Shown: one piece after another, positions 26,812-36,504 of the stretch | Layout: each line of letters starts with the position of its first letter | Numbering within the stretch: the first letter of the stretch is position 1 | From: an uncultured Azospirillum sp. | GTDB lineage: Bacteria; Pseudomonadota; Alphaproteobacteria; RF32; CAG-239 | Direction: 5' to 3' | Length of the DNA: 61,999 nucleotides | Assembly: GCA_900542055.1 (NCBI GenBank) | Contig: UQMA01000005.1 | Span: 1 to 61,999, forward strand | The notes under the pieces: model-generated | The model's database searches: none | What the model was told of the DNA's origin: nothing | The model's input: the letters and a program-made list of their open reading frames with translations, nothing else | Made by a program: the position numbers and the translations under genes

Positions 26812-28245
26812 TTATCCTATCTTCTTCAAAGCATTTTCCACACGAAGCAAAGTTTCTTCTTTACCCAAAATCGCTGCAATTTCAGTAGCGCCGCCGGAAG
26901 TTGTTTCTTTTCCGCTTAAAGCTATGCGCAAAGGATAGAGGATTTGTCCGTTTTTCAGTCCTTTTTCTGTCGCCAAAGCTTTAAGAGTTTCAAACAGTTT
27001 TTCATTTGTCCATTCTGTTACATTTTCCAAAGCAGGCAAAATATACTGCAAAGATTGCTTGGCAACCTCAACATCTGTTTTCATTTTTTTATTGGTGTAC
27101 AAGGTCAAATCATATTCCGGCATTTTTTCAAAGAAATCTGTCTGTGCCGCAATATCGTTAAAAGTTTCAATACGAGGCTGCAAGACACTGCTCAGCATAT
27201 TTAAATCAAGCTTGCGGGTTAAATATTTTTCGTAATAAGGCAGAGCCAAAGCATGAAATTTTTCGGCGGAAAGCTCTCTTATGTAGCAGCCGTTCATCCA
27301 TGTTAATTTTACTAAATCAAAAATTGCGGGAGATTTATTCAAACGTTCAGCAGAAAAACATTTTTTCAGTTCATCCAGTGAAAAAATTTCCTGATCATTT
27401 CCGGGGTTCCACCCCAACAGAGCAATATAATTCAAGATTGCTTCAGGCAAATAGCCTTTGGCAACTAAATCCTGAAAAGAAGCGTCTCCGTTGCGTTTGC
27501 TCAATTTATGCTGAGCATCTTTCATAACTGGAGGAACATGCACATATACAGGAGGTGTCCAGCCGAAAGCTTCATAAATCAAATTATATTTCGGAGTAGA
27601 TGAAATATATTCATTGCCACGGACGACATGGCTGATCGCCATTAAGTGATCATCTACGACATTGGCAAAATTATAAGTCGGCAAGCCATCGGTTTTCAGC
27701 AAAACGCCTTCATCCAACTCGTCATAATCAATTTCAATATCACCGTAAACTTCATCATGAAAATGCGATACGCCTTTTTTATTGATTGTCTGTCGAATCG
27801 TATAAGGTTCGCCGGCTGCAACACGTTTTTTTGCCTCTTCAAGGGGAATGCGTTTGCACGGATCCTTAAACTTGGTTGGAATTTTATCATCTTCTTCATT
27901 TTCATCTTCATCATGAGCAGCGCAGAAACAATAATGAGCTCCGCCGAGTTCAACCAATTTTTCGGCATATTCTTTATAAATAGAACGACGTTCCGACTGA
28001 ATATAAGGACCATAATTTCCTCCGATATCCGGACCTTCATCCCAGTCCATATGCACAGTTTTCAATGTGTTAAAAATGATGTCGGTTGATCCTTCGACAT
28101 ATCGCTTTTGGTCAGTATCTTCAATACGCAACAAAAAATCACCGCCGTTTGATTTGGCAATTAAATATTCGTACAAAGCTGTACGCAAATTACCGATATG
28201 CATATATCCGGTCGGTGATGGAGCAAAACGAGTTCTTACTTTCAT
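26812..28245 (-). CDS. gltX: glutamyl-tRNA synthetase
   Basis: RFAPSPTGYMHIGNLRTAL (HIGH) and KLSKRNG (KMSKS). Confidence 0.95.
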   Translation of the reverse strand: MKVRTRFAPSPTGYMHIGNLRTALYEYLIAKSNGGDFLLRIEDTDQKRYVEGSTDIIFNTLKTVHMDWDEGPDIGGNYGPYIQSERRSIYKEYAEKLVELGGAHYCFCAAHDEDENEEDDKIPTKFKDPCKRIPLEEAKKRVAAGEPYTIRQTINKKGVSHFHDEVYGDIEIDYDELDEGVLLKTDGLPTYNFANVVDDHLMAISHVVRGNEYISSTPKYNLIYEAFGWTPPVYVHVPPVMKDAQHKLSKRNGDASFQDLVAKGYLPEAILNYIALLGWNPGNDQEIFSLDELKKCFSAERLNKSPAIFDLVKLTWMNGCYIRELSAEKFHALALPYYEKYLTRKLDLNMLSSVLQPRIETFNDIAAQTDFFEKMPEYDLTLYTNKKMKTDVEVAKQSLQYILPALENVTEWTNEKLFETLKALATEKGLKNGQILYPLRIALSGKETTSGGATEIAAILGKEETLLRVENALKKIG

Positions 28246-29927
28246 TATTCTATCCTTATTGATGATGACTTAATTAAAACTTTTGCGGCGGCTCTGGCTT
28301 CATCGGAAATCTGTTCTCCTGCCAACATACGGGCAATTTCCTCTTCACGTTCCTGTTCAGACAGTTCCGTTACATACGTTGTAGTTATATTATTTTGAGT
28401 TTTCTTTTCAACTTTAAAATGATGAGAACCGCAGGCTGCCACTTGCGGCGAATGCGTAACCAATAAAATTTGAACTTTTTGAGCCAATTTTGCCAAACGA
28501 TTACCTACAGCCTGAGCTGTCGCACCGCCGACACCGGCATCGACTTCATCAAAAATCATTGTCATATTATTGGCCGAATTAACCAAATTGACTTTTAACG
28601 CCAGCATAAAACGCGCTAATTCCCCGCCGGATGCGATTTTACTCAGAGGTCCTTGCGGAGAATTCGGATTGGTCGAAACCGTAAACGTCACATTGTCAAT
28701 TCCCTGAGTATTCCAAGCGCTTTCAGGCAGTTCATTTATCTGAGTTTCAAATCTGGCTTTTTCCATTTTCAGAGGAGCCAATTCAGCCATAATCTTTTTA
28801 TCAAGAATTGCCGCTGTTTTTTTTCTGCAATCACTCAGCAGCCGCGCCTGTTTCAAATATTCTATCCGGCTTTTTTCTTCTTGACGAAGCAAATCAGACA
28901 CACCATCTTCACCCAGTTCTATTGCATTTAAGCGGTTTTGCATTTCCGCTTGTTTTTGAGGCAATTCATCAATAGAAACCTGATGTTTGCGGGCAGCGTC
29001 ACGCAGTGCAAAAAGGCGCTGTTCAATATTATCAGCTTCTTCCTGATTATAGCTCAATGTTGAACTGATTTCTTCTATTTGACGTATTGCTTCTTCGGCA
29101 TTCAACAGAGTTTGTTCCAAAATTTCTTCAATATTCTTATATTTTCCGCCAACCAAAATATCAGCTTTACTTATCGCTGACTGCGCATGCCGAATTGATG
29201 ATACAATATTTGAATTAACTGCCAGCGAAGCATAAGCGTTGTTCAAACTTTCTACCAATTTTTCGGCATTTATGATTTCATTGCGGCGGCGGTTAAGTTC
29301 TTCTTCTTCACCGACAACAGGTTTTAGCTTATTAAGTTCATCCACCCAATGTTTGAGGTTGTCTTCTTCCAACCGACCGGCTTGCAGGCCTTTTTCAGCT
29401 TCCATACGTTCTTTGCGGAATTGGCGGAATTTTTCAAAAGCATTTTTAACAGATAAAAGCTCTTTGGCATAATTTCCGTAATTATCCAAAATACTCAGAT
29501 GATTTGCCTGATTTAACAGCCCCTGATTATCAAATTGTCCGTGAACTTCCACAAGTTCTGCTCCGAATTCTTTTAATAATTTTAATGAAATCGGCTGGTC
29601 ATTTATAAATATCTTACTTTTACCATCGTTGCTTAACGTGCGTTTTATAACTAAAGAATCTTCCAATTCAATATCGTTCTCCGCTGCTAAATCGAATAAA
29701 CGGCTCTTTTGAGGAGGAAGAGAAAAAACTGCCGTTACCGAAAGTTTATCCGCGCCATGACGGATTAAGGCCGTATCAGCTCTGCAACCTAACACTAAGC
29801 CTAATGAATCAAGCAGAATCGATTTTCCGGCACCGGTTTCACCGCTTAATATGGTCAAGCCTTCAGCAAACTCCAAATCAAGCTTGTCGATTAGTACCAC
29901 ATTGCGAACAGATAGACTTTCCAGCAT
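28245..29927 (-). CDS. recN: DNA repair protein RecN
   Basis: GETGAGKSILLDSL, long coiled coil, C-terminal SGGELARFMLAL and IFDEVDAGVGG. Confidence 0.95.
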   Translation of the reverse strand: MLESLSVRNVVLIDKLDLEFAEGLTILSGETGAGKSILLDSLGLVLGCRADTALIRHGADKLSVTAVFSLPPQKSRLFDLAAENDIELEDSLVIKRTLSNDGKSKIFINDQPISLKLLKEFGAELVEVHGQFDNQGLLNQANHLSILDNYGNYAKELLSVKNAFEKFRQFRKERMEAEKGLQAGRLEEDNLKHWVDELNKLKPVVGEEEELNRRRNEIINAEKLVESLNNAYASLAVNSNIVSSIRHAQSAISKADILVGGKYKNIEEILEQTLLNAEEAIRQIEEISSTLSYNQEEADNIEQRLFALRDAARKHQVSIDELPQKQAEMQNRLNAIELGEDGVSDLLRQEEKSRIEYLKQARLLSDCRKKTAAILDKKIMAELAPLKMEKARFETQINELPESAWNTQGIDNVTFTVSTNPNSPQGPLSKIASGGELARFMLALKVNLVNSANNMTMIFDEVDAGVGGATAQAVGNRLAKLAQKVQILLVTHSPQVAACGSHHFKVEKKTQNNITTTYVTELSEQEREEEIARMLAGEQISDEARAAAKVLIKSSSIRIE

Positions 29928-29932
29928 AAAAC

Positions 29933-30676
29933 TCAGCCTTTGATGATACGGGCAGACTTTTTAGTCCACTCGCCTTTCGGATAGTTATATTTTAACACTT
30001 CATATGCTTTTTGCGCCTCTGTTGACAGCCCCAAAATAGTATAAATTTCGACTTGTCGATATAAAGCCTCTTCAATATAAGCCGTGTTTTGATATTTCGA
30101 AACCACGCCTGAAAAACGATTCAGCGCCGAAAGATAATTGTTTTGCGCCAAATAATAGCGTCCGACTTCCATTTCCTGTCCGGCTAAATTTCCACGGGCA
30201 TAAACAATTTTTTCGCGGGCATCATCTGCATATTTAGAAGAAGGAAAACGCATAACCAATTGCTGCAGCGCTTCTAAAGCATTAGCCGTTTCACCCTGAT
30301 CACGGTTAGCATCCGAAATTTGATCAAAATAGCAAATAGCTTTCAGATAATACGCATAGGCAATATTTTCGTTTCCGGGATGAAAACGGATAAAACGATC
30401 CAAAGCCATTACGGCATCATCGTAATTTTCGTTTTTGTAATAAGCATACGCCCCCATAAGCTTTGCTTCCGTTGCCCAACGAGAATACGGATATTCCAAT
30501 TCAACCTTTTCAAAAGTTTCGGCCGCTTTTTTGTATTTGGTTTTAACCAGCTGCTTATGACCGCGGTTATAAAGTCTTTCTACCGCGATATGTTCATCAA
30601 CATCCTTATCAGAAGCACAACCGCAAAGCAATCCACAGGCGACAAATGCCCCTAAAAACAATCTTATTTTTGCCAT
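29933..30676 (-). CDS. bamD: outer membrane protein assembly factor BamD
   Basis: ATG at 30676 gives lipobox LLCGCAS. TPR-like YfiO repeats. Confidence 0.85.
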   Translation of the reverse strand: MAKIRLFLGAFVACGLLCGCASDKDVDEHIAVERLYNRGHKQLVKTKYKKAAETFEKVELEYPYSRWATEAKLMGAYAYYKNENYDDAVMALDRFIRFHPGNENIAYAYYLKAICYFDQISDANRDQGETANALEALQQLVMRFPSSKYADDAREKIVYARGNLAGQEMEVGRYYLAQNNYLSALNRFSGVVSKYQNTAYIEEALYRQVEIYTILGLSTEAQKAYEVLKYNYPKGEWTKKSARIIKG

Positions 30677-30677
30677 T

Positions 30678-31532
30678 TTACACCAATTCATAATTTGAGC
30701 TATCAGAAAATAGCTTTTTTAATACTTCGTTATTATGGAAATGTCCGGACTTCATTGCCTTCAAATTGCCGATAACAGAATACCCCGATGTATACATATC
30801 GCCGATTGCGTCCAGAACTTTATGATTAACACACTCATTGGTATTTTTCATTCCGTTTGGATTCAGTACTTTTTCACCATCGAGAACCAACGCATTATCT
30901 AAACTGCCTCCTTTAATCAATCCCAAAGACTGCAAATAATCAATTTGCGCTTTTTCGCAAAATGTCCGGCAAGGAGCAATTTCTTCAGCAAAAAGTTTTT
31001 CGGAAATTTTCCCATGAAATTCTTGGTGTCCGACGATTTTTGAAGGAAACTCTATTGTAAAATCAATTACCAATCCGTCATCTGCCGGACTAAGCTCAAC
31101 TCCGCACCCTTTTTCATCCGTAAATGAAACTTTTTTAAGAACTTTCAAAAATTTGCGCGGAGTATTTTGTTCTCTCAGAGGAATTTGTTTTAATCTTTTA
31201 TATAATGTTTCTGCACTGCCATCCAAAATAGGAATTTCAGGATTAGAAACTTCTATTTTAGCATTATCAACACCCAATATGTACAAAACAGACATCAGAT
31301 GCTCGATTGTACTGACAATATTTTTATTGCTGTCGGCAAGACAGGTGCAATTGCGCGTATCAGACACCTGCGAATACAAAGCTTTCATTTGCGGTTTTTC
31401 CGGCAAATCCGAACGAATAAAAACAATTCCGCTGTTTTCGTCAGACGGAAAAAAAACGAGCTTTGACGGCAACCCCGAATGAAGACCTATTCCGCTGATT
31501 TCAAATTTTTCCGCAAAAGTATGCTGCAGCAT
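30678..31532 (-). CDS. lpxC: UDP-3-O-acyl-GlcNAc deacetylase LpxC
   Basis: ATG at 31532 follows GGAGG (MLQHTFAEKFEISGIGLHSG...). Motifs TIEHLMS and HKVLDAIGD. The ORF-track extension to 31619 overlaps rnpB and is rejected. Confidence 0.9.
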   Translation of the reverse strand: MLQHTFAEKFEISGIGLHSGLPSKLVFFPSDENSGIVFIRSDLPEKPQMKALYSQVSDTRNCTCLADSNKNIVSTIEHLMSVLYILGVDNAKIEVSNPEIPILDGSAETLYKRLKQIPLREQNTPRKFLKVLKKVSFTDEKGCGVELSPADDGLVIDFTIEFPSKIVGHQEFHGKISEKLFAEEIAPCRTFCEKAQIDYLQSLGLIKGGSLDNALVLDGEKVLNPNGMKNTNECVNHKVLDAIGDMYTSGYSVIGNLKAMKSGHFHNNEVLKKLFSDSSNYELV

Positions 31533-31555
31533 AAAATCCTCCGTATAAAAACTTT

Positions 31556-31948
31556 CAGGCAGCCTATAAGCCGGGTTCTGTATTTTGCTTATCCTAAAGG
31601 AAAACAAAACGATAGCCATTCATCTGGGCACTGCATCACTGACGTGCTCATCGCGACCTACCTCTGGAGCAGAGTGGAAACGCTCCGTTTAACTTTGAAA
31701 AAATCAAAGCCCTCCTAATTTGGTCTTGCTTCAGACAGGGTTTACCTTGCCAAAAACATTGCTGTTTTCGCGGTGAGCTCTTACCTCGCCTTTTCAACCT
31801 TACCGGAATCAAGTCCGGCGGTAACTTTCTGCGGCACTTTCCCTTGGATTTCTCCAGCCAGACGTTATCTGGTGTCTTGTTTCCATAAAGCCCGGACTTT
31901 CCTCATTAACGGATTTTACCTTCCGCAACGCGGCTATCCAGCTGCCTG
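31556..31948 (-). ncRNA. rnpB: RNase P RNA, bacterial type A
   Basis: Minus strand contains GAGGAAAGUCCGGGC, GGUAAGAGCUCACCGCG, AGCAAGACCAAAU, CCAGAUGAAUGGCU and ACAGAACCCGGCUUAU. P1 pairs CAGGCAGC with GCUGCCUG. Confidence 0.93.
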
Positions 31949-32107
31949 TGTATAAAATTAATCTATTCCGCATGAAAAGCAAGCAAAAAGTTATTTTTTT
32001 AAGACCTGTTATAATAGCTTACAACTCTTTGTTTTATATGATTTTATATTTATTAAAGCACATTTACATAAAGAACATAACATGAACAGTTAATAAAACA
32101 CTAAATT

Positions 32108-32133
32108 TTCCCATTGATTCCCAAAAATTCCCA
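32108..32133 (+). promoter_or_regulatory. MraZ operator: three direct TTCCCA (TGGGAA on the opposite strand) boxes at exact 10-bp spacing, overlapping a promoter-like TTGATT-17-TATACC
   Basis: TTCCCA at 32108, 32118 and 32128. TTGATT at 32114..32119 and TATACC at 32137..32142. Confidence 0.6.
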
Positions 32134-32202
32134 TGTTATACCATAACAGTAGGTAATCTAAAAATTTAAAGGGCAAAAAAGTTGAGAAAAACATTTCTCT
32201 TC

Positions 32203-32646
32203 ATGGATACAATAACAAACAAGGTGGACGCAAAAGGCCGCGTTTCACTGCCCGCAGATTATCGTGCAATTGTTAAAGATTTATCAACGGAAATCGTTTG
32301 TTACCGCAGCTTGACTTCGCCCTGCATAGAAGGCTGCGCCGAAGAATTGCTTGAAAAAATTGCCACCGATATGGAAACTTCTCTCGACTTTTTTTCACAA
32401 ACTCAAGACGATTTGACCAATCTTATTTTCGGAGATGCCCGCCGTTTCAGTTTTGACAGCACCGGAAGAATTATGCTGAGCGAAAAGCTCTTAAAACATG
32501 CTCAGATTACCGATACCGCCGTTTTTGTGGGAAAAGGCCGAAAATTTCAAATTTGGAATCCTGAAAATTGGGCTAAGGAAGAAGCCCGCATTCGCGCCGA
32601 AGTTATGAAAAAACGTCCTTCACTGAGTGTACAAGGAGGATGTTAA
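32203..32646 (+). CDS. mraZ: transcriptional regulator MraZ
   Basis: ATG at 32203. Duplicated KVDAKGRVSLP / DSTGRIML SpoVT-AbrB-like motifs. Confidence 0.9.
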   Translation: MDTITNKVDAKGRVSLPADYRAIVKDLSTEIVCYRSLTSPCIEGCAEELLEKIATDMETSLDFFSQTQDDLTNLIFGDARRFSFDSTGRIMLSEKLLKHAQITDTAVFVGKGRKFQIWNPENWAKEEARIRAEVMKKRPSLSVQGGC

Positions 32647-32650
32647 GACA

Positions 32651-33577
32651 ATGGTACAAAAACATATTCCGGTTATGTTAAAAGAAGTATTGCAAGCCTT
32701 ATCTCCTGTTGACGGGGGCATATATGTTGACGCAACTTTTGGCAACGGCGGATACAGCGAAGCAGTTTTGCAAACTGCAAATTGCAAAGTTATAGCCATT
32801 GATCGCGACCCTAATGTTCGCCAAAGAGCTGAAGAATTAAAATCAATTTATGGAAATCGTTTCGAATTTTGTTCAGGATGCTTCGGCGATATAAAAACTT
32901 TGATAAATACTACCGTTGACGGAATTATGTTTGACATCGGCGTATCTTCAATGCAGTTGGATCAAGCTGAACGAGGTTTTTCTTACAGTAAAGACGCTCT
33001 TCTTGATATGCGTATGTCCTGTTCGGGAATATCTGCTTTTGATCTGGTAAACAATACGGCTGAAAAAGACTTGGCCGATATTATATACAAATACGGAGAA
33101 GAACGTAAATCCCGCCAAATTGCCGCAAGAATTATTGCGGAAAGGCAGAAATCGCCTATAAAAACCACACGAGAACTTGCTGAAATTATCTATTCGGTTA
33201 TTCACAAAAAAGCCGGACAACCCGATCCGGCAACCAGAACATTTCAGGCTTTGCGAATTGCAGTCAACGATGAACTCGGAGAACTTGAACGCGGATTATC
33301 AGGCGGTTTATCCGTGTTAAAATCAGGCGGTAAAATTGTGGTTGTTACTTTTCATTCGCTTGAAGATCGTATTGTCAAAAACTTTTTCAATCAAAAATCT
33401 GGACGCCATGCCAATGCGTCACGCTATATGCCGCAAATAATTGATACCGTTCCGGCGGAATTAGAAAATTGTTCAAAAGCAATTTTGCCGTCTGAAGAAG
33501 AAATTGCGGCTAATTCGCGCGCACATTCCGCAAAAATGCGGTTTGCAACCAAAATAACGGAGGCTGAACATGAATAA
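32651..33577 (+). CDS. rsmH: 16S rRNA (cytosine1402-N4)-methyltransferase RsmH
   Basis: AAGGAGGA then ATG at 32651. HIPVML, DATFGNGGYS, DIGVSSMQLD, SLEDRIVK. Confidence 0.93.
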   Translation: MVQKHIPVMLKEVLQALSPVDGGIYVDATFGNGGYSEAVLQTANCKVIAIDRDPNVRQRAEELKSIYGNRFEFCSGCFGDIKTLINTTVDGIMFDIGVSSMQLDQAERGFSYSKDALLDMRMSCSGISAFDLVNNTAEKDLADIIYKYGEERKSRQIAARIIAERQKSPIKTTRELAEIIYSVIHKKAGQPDPATRTFQALRIAVNDELGELERGLSGGLSVLKSGGKIVVVTFHSLEDRIVKNFFNQKSGRHANASRYMPQIIDTVPAELENCSKAILPSEEEIAANSRAHSAKMRFATKITEAEHE

Positions 33578-33956
33578 CACAAAACCTGCCATCGTCTGCT
33601 TGTGGTTTGCTCTTGCCATATTTATGGCCTTTTGGACTTTTGCTATGAAAAATTCTGTTGAAGATCTTGAAAAGGAACTGGCTCAAATTAACAGTAAAAT
33701 CAATGAAGATGTAAAATCGATACATATTCTCAAAGCGGAATGGAGTCACTTAAACAATCCTGAGCGTCTGAGAAATTTAGCTGCCAAGCATATTGCTCTT
33801 GAACCGGTTAAAGCCGAGCAAATAATCAATTATGCCTCTTTGCCGTTTGAATATGAATCAGATGCAACAACGCGTAAAATGCTGGCTCGCCGCAATATAA
33901 ACAGCCGCGCCACAGAAAACAAAGAACTGCGCCGACTGGCTAAAGCCCAGAGGTAA
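33570..33956 (+). CDS. ftsL: cell division protein FtsL-like
   Basis: Position between rsmH and ftsI. Single TM then coiled coil. 8-nt overlap with rsmH. Confidence 0.7.
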   Translation: MNNTKPAIVCLWFALAIFMAFWTFAMKNSVEDLEKELAQINSKINEDVKSIHILKAEWSHLNNPERLRNLAAKHIALEPVKAEQIINYASLPFEYESDATTRKMLARRNINSRATENKELRRLAKAQR

Positions 33957-33962
33957 AGTTCT

Positions 33963-35702
33963 ATGAAACTATGGTTTAAGAAAAAAGAAAAATTTTATTT
34001 GCCGGGGGAAGAAATTAAAGTCAACCGGTCTTTTTCTTTTAGTAATTACAATATTGAAAAAGACCCTTTGGCTAACTGTAAAGTCAGAATGGCTTGGGTA
34101 ATTTTAGGCATTGCTATTATTTATATAACCATTGCCCTTCAGACCTTTCTTATTTGTTTCAGCGGGTATAAACCCAATGTCAATAGTGTTGAAGAAGACG
34201 GCGATTTGCCGCAGGTTCAAATTGAAAATCCAATTACGCGCGCTGATATTGTCGACAGAAACGGCACTGTTTTAGCTACTTCTTTGCCAACAGTAAACCT
34301 GTACGCCAAACCCAAACTTATTCGCGATAAAGAAGCTGTTGCCTCAAAACTAAGTGAATTTATTCCGGATATGCTGTATGAAGATATCTTAAGCAAAATC
34401 AGCAAAAAATCTAAATTTGTTTATATCAAGCGCAATCTCTCGCTGGCACAAAAATACCAAATTTACGCTTTGGGAATTGAAGGTTTGGGATTTGAAGATA
34501 TGGAAAAACGCGTGTATCCGCACAAAAACCTTTTTTCGCATATTTTAGGAAAAACCAATATAGATAACATCGGCATCTCCGGTATAGAAAAAGAACTTAA
34601 CGAACGTTTGACAACTTCGGATGTAGCTCTAAAATTAAGCATTGATTCAGGAATTCAAGACACTATACGCGAAAAATTGGAAAGCGCCGTAAATAAATTT
34701 AACGCCCTTGGCGGGACTGCTATTTTAATGGATGTCAACAGCGGTGAAATTATTTCTATGATATCTCTTCCCGATTTTGATCCCAATTTAAGCGCTGCTC
34801 CGGAAGAGCGGGCGCAGTTTAATTTTGCAACCAAAGGATTATATGAACCGGGATCTGTTTTAAAAATATTCAACGCCGCTATGGGATTGGAAAGCGGAAA
34901 AATAAATTTAACCGACAAATTTGACGCCACAAAACCTCTAAAGCTCAGATATAACACAATTAAAGATTATCGAGGTGAAAACAGATGGTTAAATTTGCAG
35001 GAAATTCTTATTTACTCTTCCAATATAGGCTCCGCACAAATTGCTCTGAAAGTAGGCAAAGAAACACAGCAAAAAATACTCGGCAGTTTAGGCTTGTTTG
35101 ACCCGATTAAAAATTTTGAAGTTGCCGAAAAAGCAAGTCCGAGTGTGCCTCGCCGATGGGGAGAAGAAACAACGGCAACCGTTGCTTACGGATATGGAAT
35201 TTCAGTTACACCTTTGCATTTGATTTCAGCTTTTGCTGCTGTTGTTAACGGAGGAACTTATTATACGCCGACTTTGCTGAAATATAATGAAAAACCAAAA
35301 GGAAAAAAAGTTATTTCTACAAAAACCTCAAAAATGATGCGTGAACTGCTAAGAGGCGTAGTTGTTAAAGGTTCAGGAAAGCGAGCTAATGTCGCCGGAT
35401 ATGAAGTTGCCGGCAAAACCGGAACAGCGCAAAAATTGGTAAATGGCAAATATATTGATAAAAAAGTAATGACTTCTTTTATTGCCACTTTCCCTGTATC
35501 CGCTCCGCGCTATGCTCTGCTGTTGATGATGGATGAACCTAAAGCAAGTAAAGAAACTTATGGTTTTGCAACATCCGGTTGGAATACGGTTCCGACTGCC
35601 GGCGCAATCATAACGGCAATTGCTCCGCAGCTCAATATCAAAGCTAATTATGATATTGACGATAAAAGAATGAAAATGATTGAAGCGTCATTTTTACGCT
35701 AA
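33963..35702 (+). CDS. ftsI: penicillin-binding protein (FtsI/PBP3-type transpeptidase)
   Basis: N-terminal TM, SVLK (SxxK), SSN, KTGT. Confidence 0.9.
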   Translation: MKLWFKKKEKFYLPGEEIKVNRSFSFSNYNIEKDPLANCKVRMAWVILGIAIIYITIALQTFLICFSGYKPNVNSVEEDGDLPQVQIENPITRADIVDRNGTVLATSLPTVNLYAKPKLIRDKEAVASKLSEFIPDMLYEDILSKISKKSKFVYIKRNLSLAQKYQIYALGIEGLGFEDMEKRVYPHKNLFSHILGKTNIDNIGISGIEKELNERLTTSDVALKLSIDSGIQDTIREKLESAVNKFNALGGTAILMDVNSGEIISMISLPDFDPNLSAAPEERAQFNFATKGLYEPGSVLKIFNAAMGLESGKINLTDKFDATKPLKLRYNTIKDYRGENRWLNLQEILIYSSNIGSAQIALKVGKETQQKILGSLGLFDPIKNFEVAEKASPSVPRRWGEETTATVAYGYGISVTPLHLISAFAAVVNGGTYYTPTLLKYNEKPKGKKVISTKTSKMMRELLRGVVVKGSGKRANVAGYEVAGKTGTAQKLVNGKYIDKKVMTSFIATFPVSAPRYALLLMMDEPKASKETYGFATSGWNTVPTAGAIITAIAPQLNIKANYDIDDKRMKMIEASFLR

Positions 35703-36454
35703 TCAGAACAAAGACCGCTTTCATACTGATAATTTTGCCTGTTGTCCAAGCGTTGCTGCTCATTCTGCAATGTTATCTGAAAGCGATTGATTAAAGGTCT
35801 TATCGCATTTGCATAATTTGCATTCATATCATCGGTTATAACATCAGTATCTTCATCCGCGTTTGCACCTCTGGTTTGCAACACAGCCAGCTGTTCCTTT
35901 AATCCTTTTTTCAAAGTTGGAAGATAATAGTCCAAAACCGAAACATTAATTTGCTGATGCTGGCGCTCATGGCGTAAAACAACTTCATAAGTACAAGTTC
36001 CCTCATCTATATCATTGCTGATATAAATAACGGGATTACGATAACCGATAAAAACATCGACACTCGCCGGAATAACGCAGATTCTTCCATTGATACTGCG
36101 GGATACCGTATTTAAGGATACTGACCAATCAACGTCTACCAATGACAAACCGGCAGTAAACATCCCCTCTTCAGTCAAATTATTGCGGGCTGCCATTATG
36201 TCCAGATTTTCGCGGTCATAATCAAAATTATATGTCAATTTTCCGTAAGAACTACGCAAACGGAGCTGCGGTTTTATATTTTTAAAACGATCGCAAACAT
36301 CTGCTTTCTTTTGCTTTGCTTCGGAAGTTTTATTTTCCACTGCCGAATCTGCTGCAGGCGTATCGTTTTTTATTGCAATTTTTTCCTGTGCGCTAACCGA
36401 ATTATTTAAACAGGCAAAAATGCAAAATATTGATGTCAAAAATGTTTTTTTCAT
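35699..36454 (-). CDS. secreted protein with HExxH motif (family uncertain, possibly DUF922-like)
   Basis: Signal peptide ending SVSAQE. VVLRHERQHQQI contains HERQH. Convergent 4-nt overlap with ftsI. Confidence 0.5.
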   Translation of the reverse strand: MKKTFLTSIFCIFACLNNSVSAQEKIAIKNDTPAADSAVENKTSEAKQKKADVCDRFKNIKPQLRLRSSYGKLTYNFDYDRENLDIMAARNNLTEEGMFTAGLSLVDVDWSVSLNTVSRSINGRICVIPASVDVFIGYRNPVIYISNDIDEGTCTYEVVLRHERQHQQINVSVLDYYLPTLKKGLKEQLAVLQTRGANADEDTDVITDDMNANYANAIRPLINRFQITLQNEQQRLDNRQNYQYESGLCSD

Positions 36455-36504
36455 GTATGCTAGTTTATATAATATTTATTAACATTATGTTTAGAGTTTT
36501 TAAA

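Noticed and set aside
31533-31619. N-terminal extension of the lpxC ORF (MAIVLFSFRISKIQNPAYRLPESFYTEDF...)
   Set aside because: It overlaps the 3' domain of rnpB (ACAGAACCCGGCUUAU region). The internal ATG at 31532 has a GGAGG RBS and gives a canonical LpxC N-terminus.
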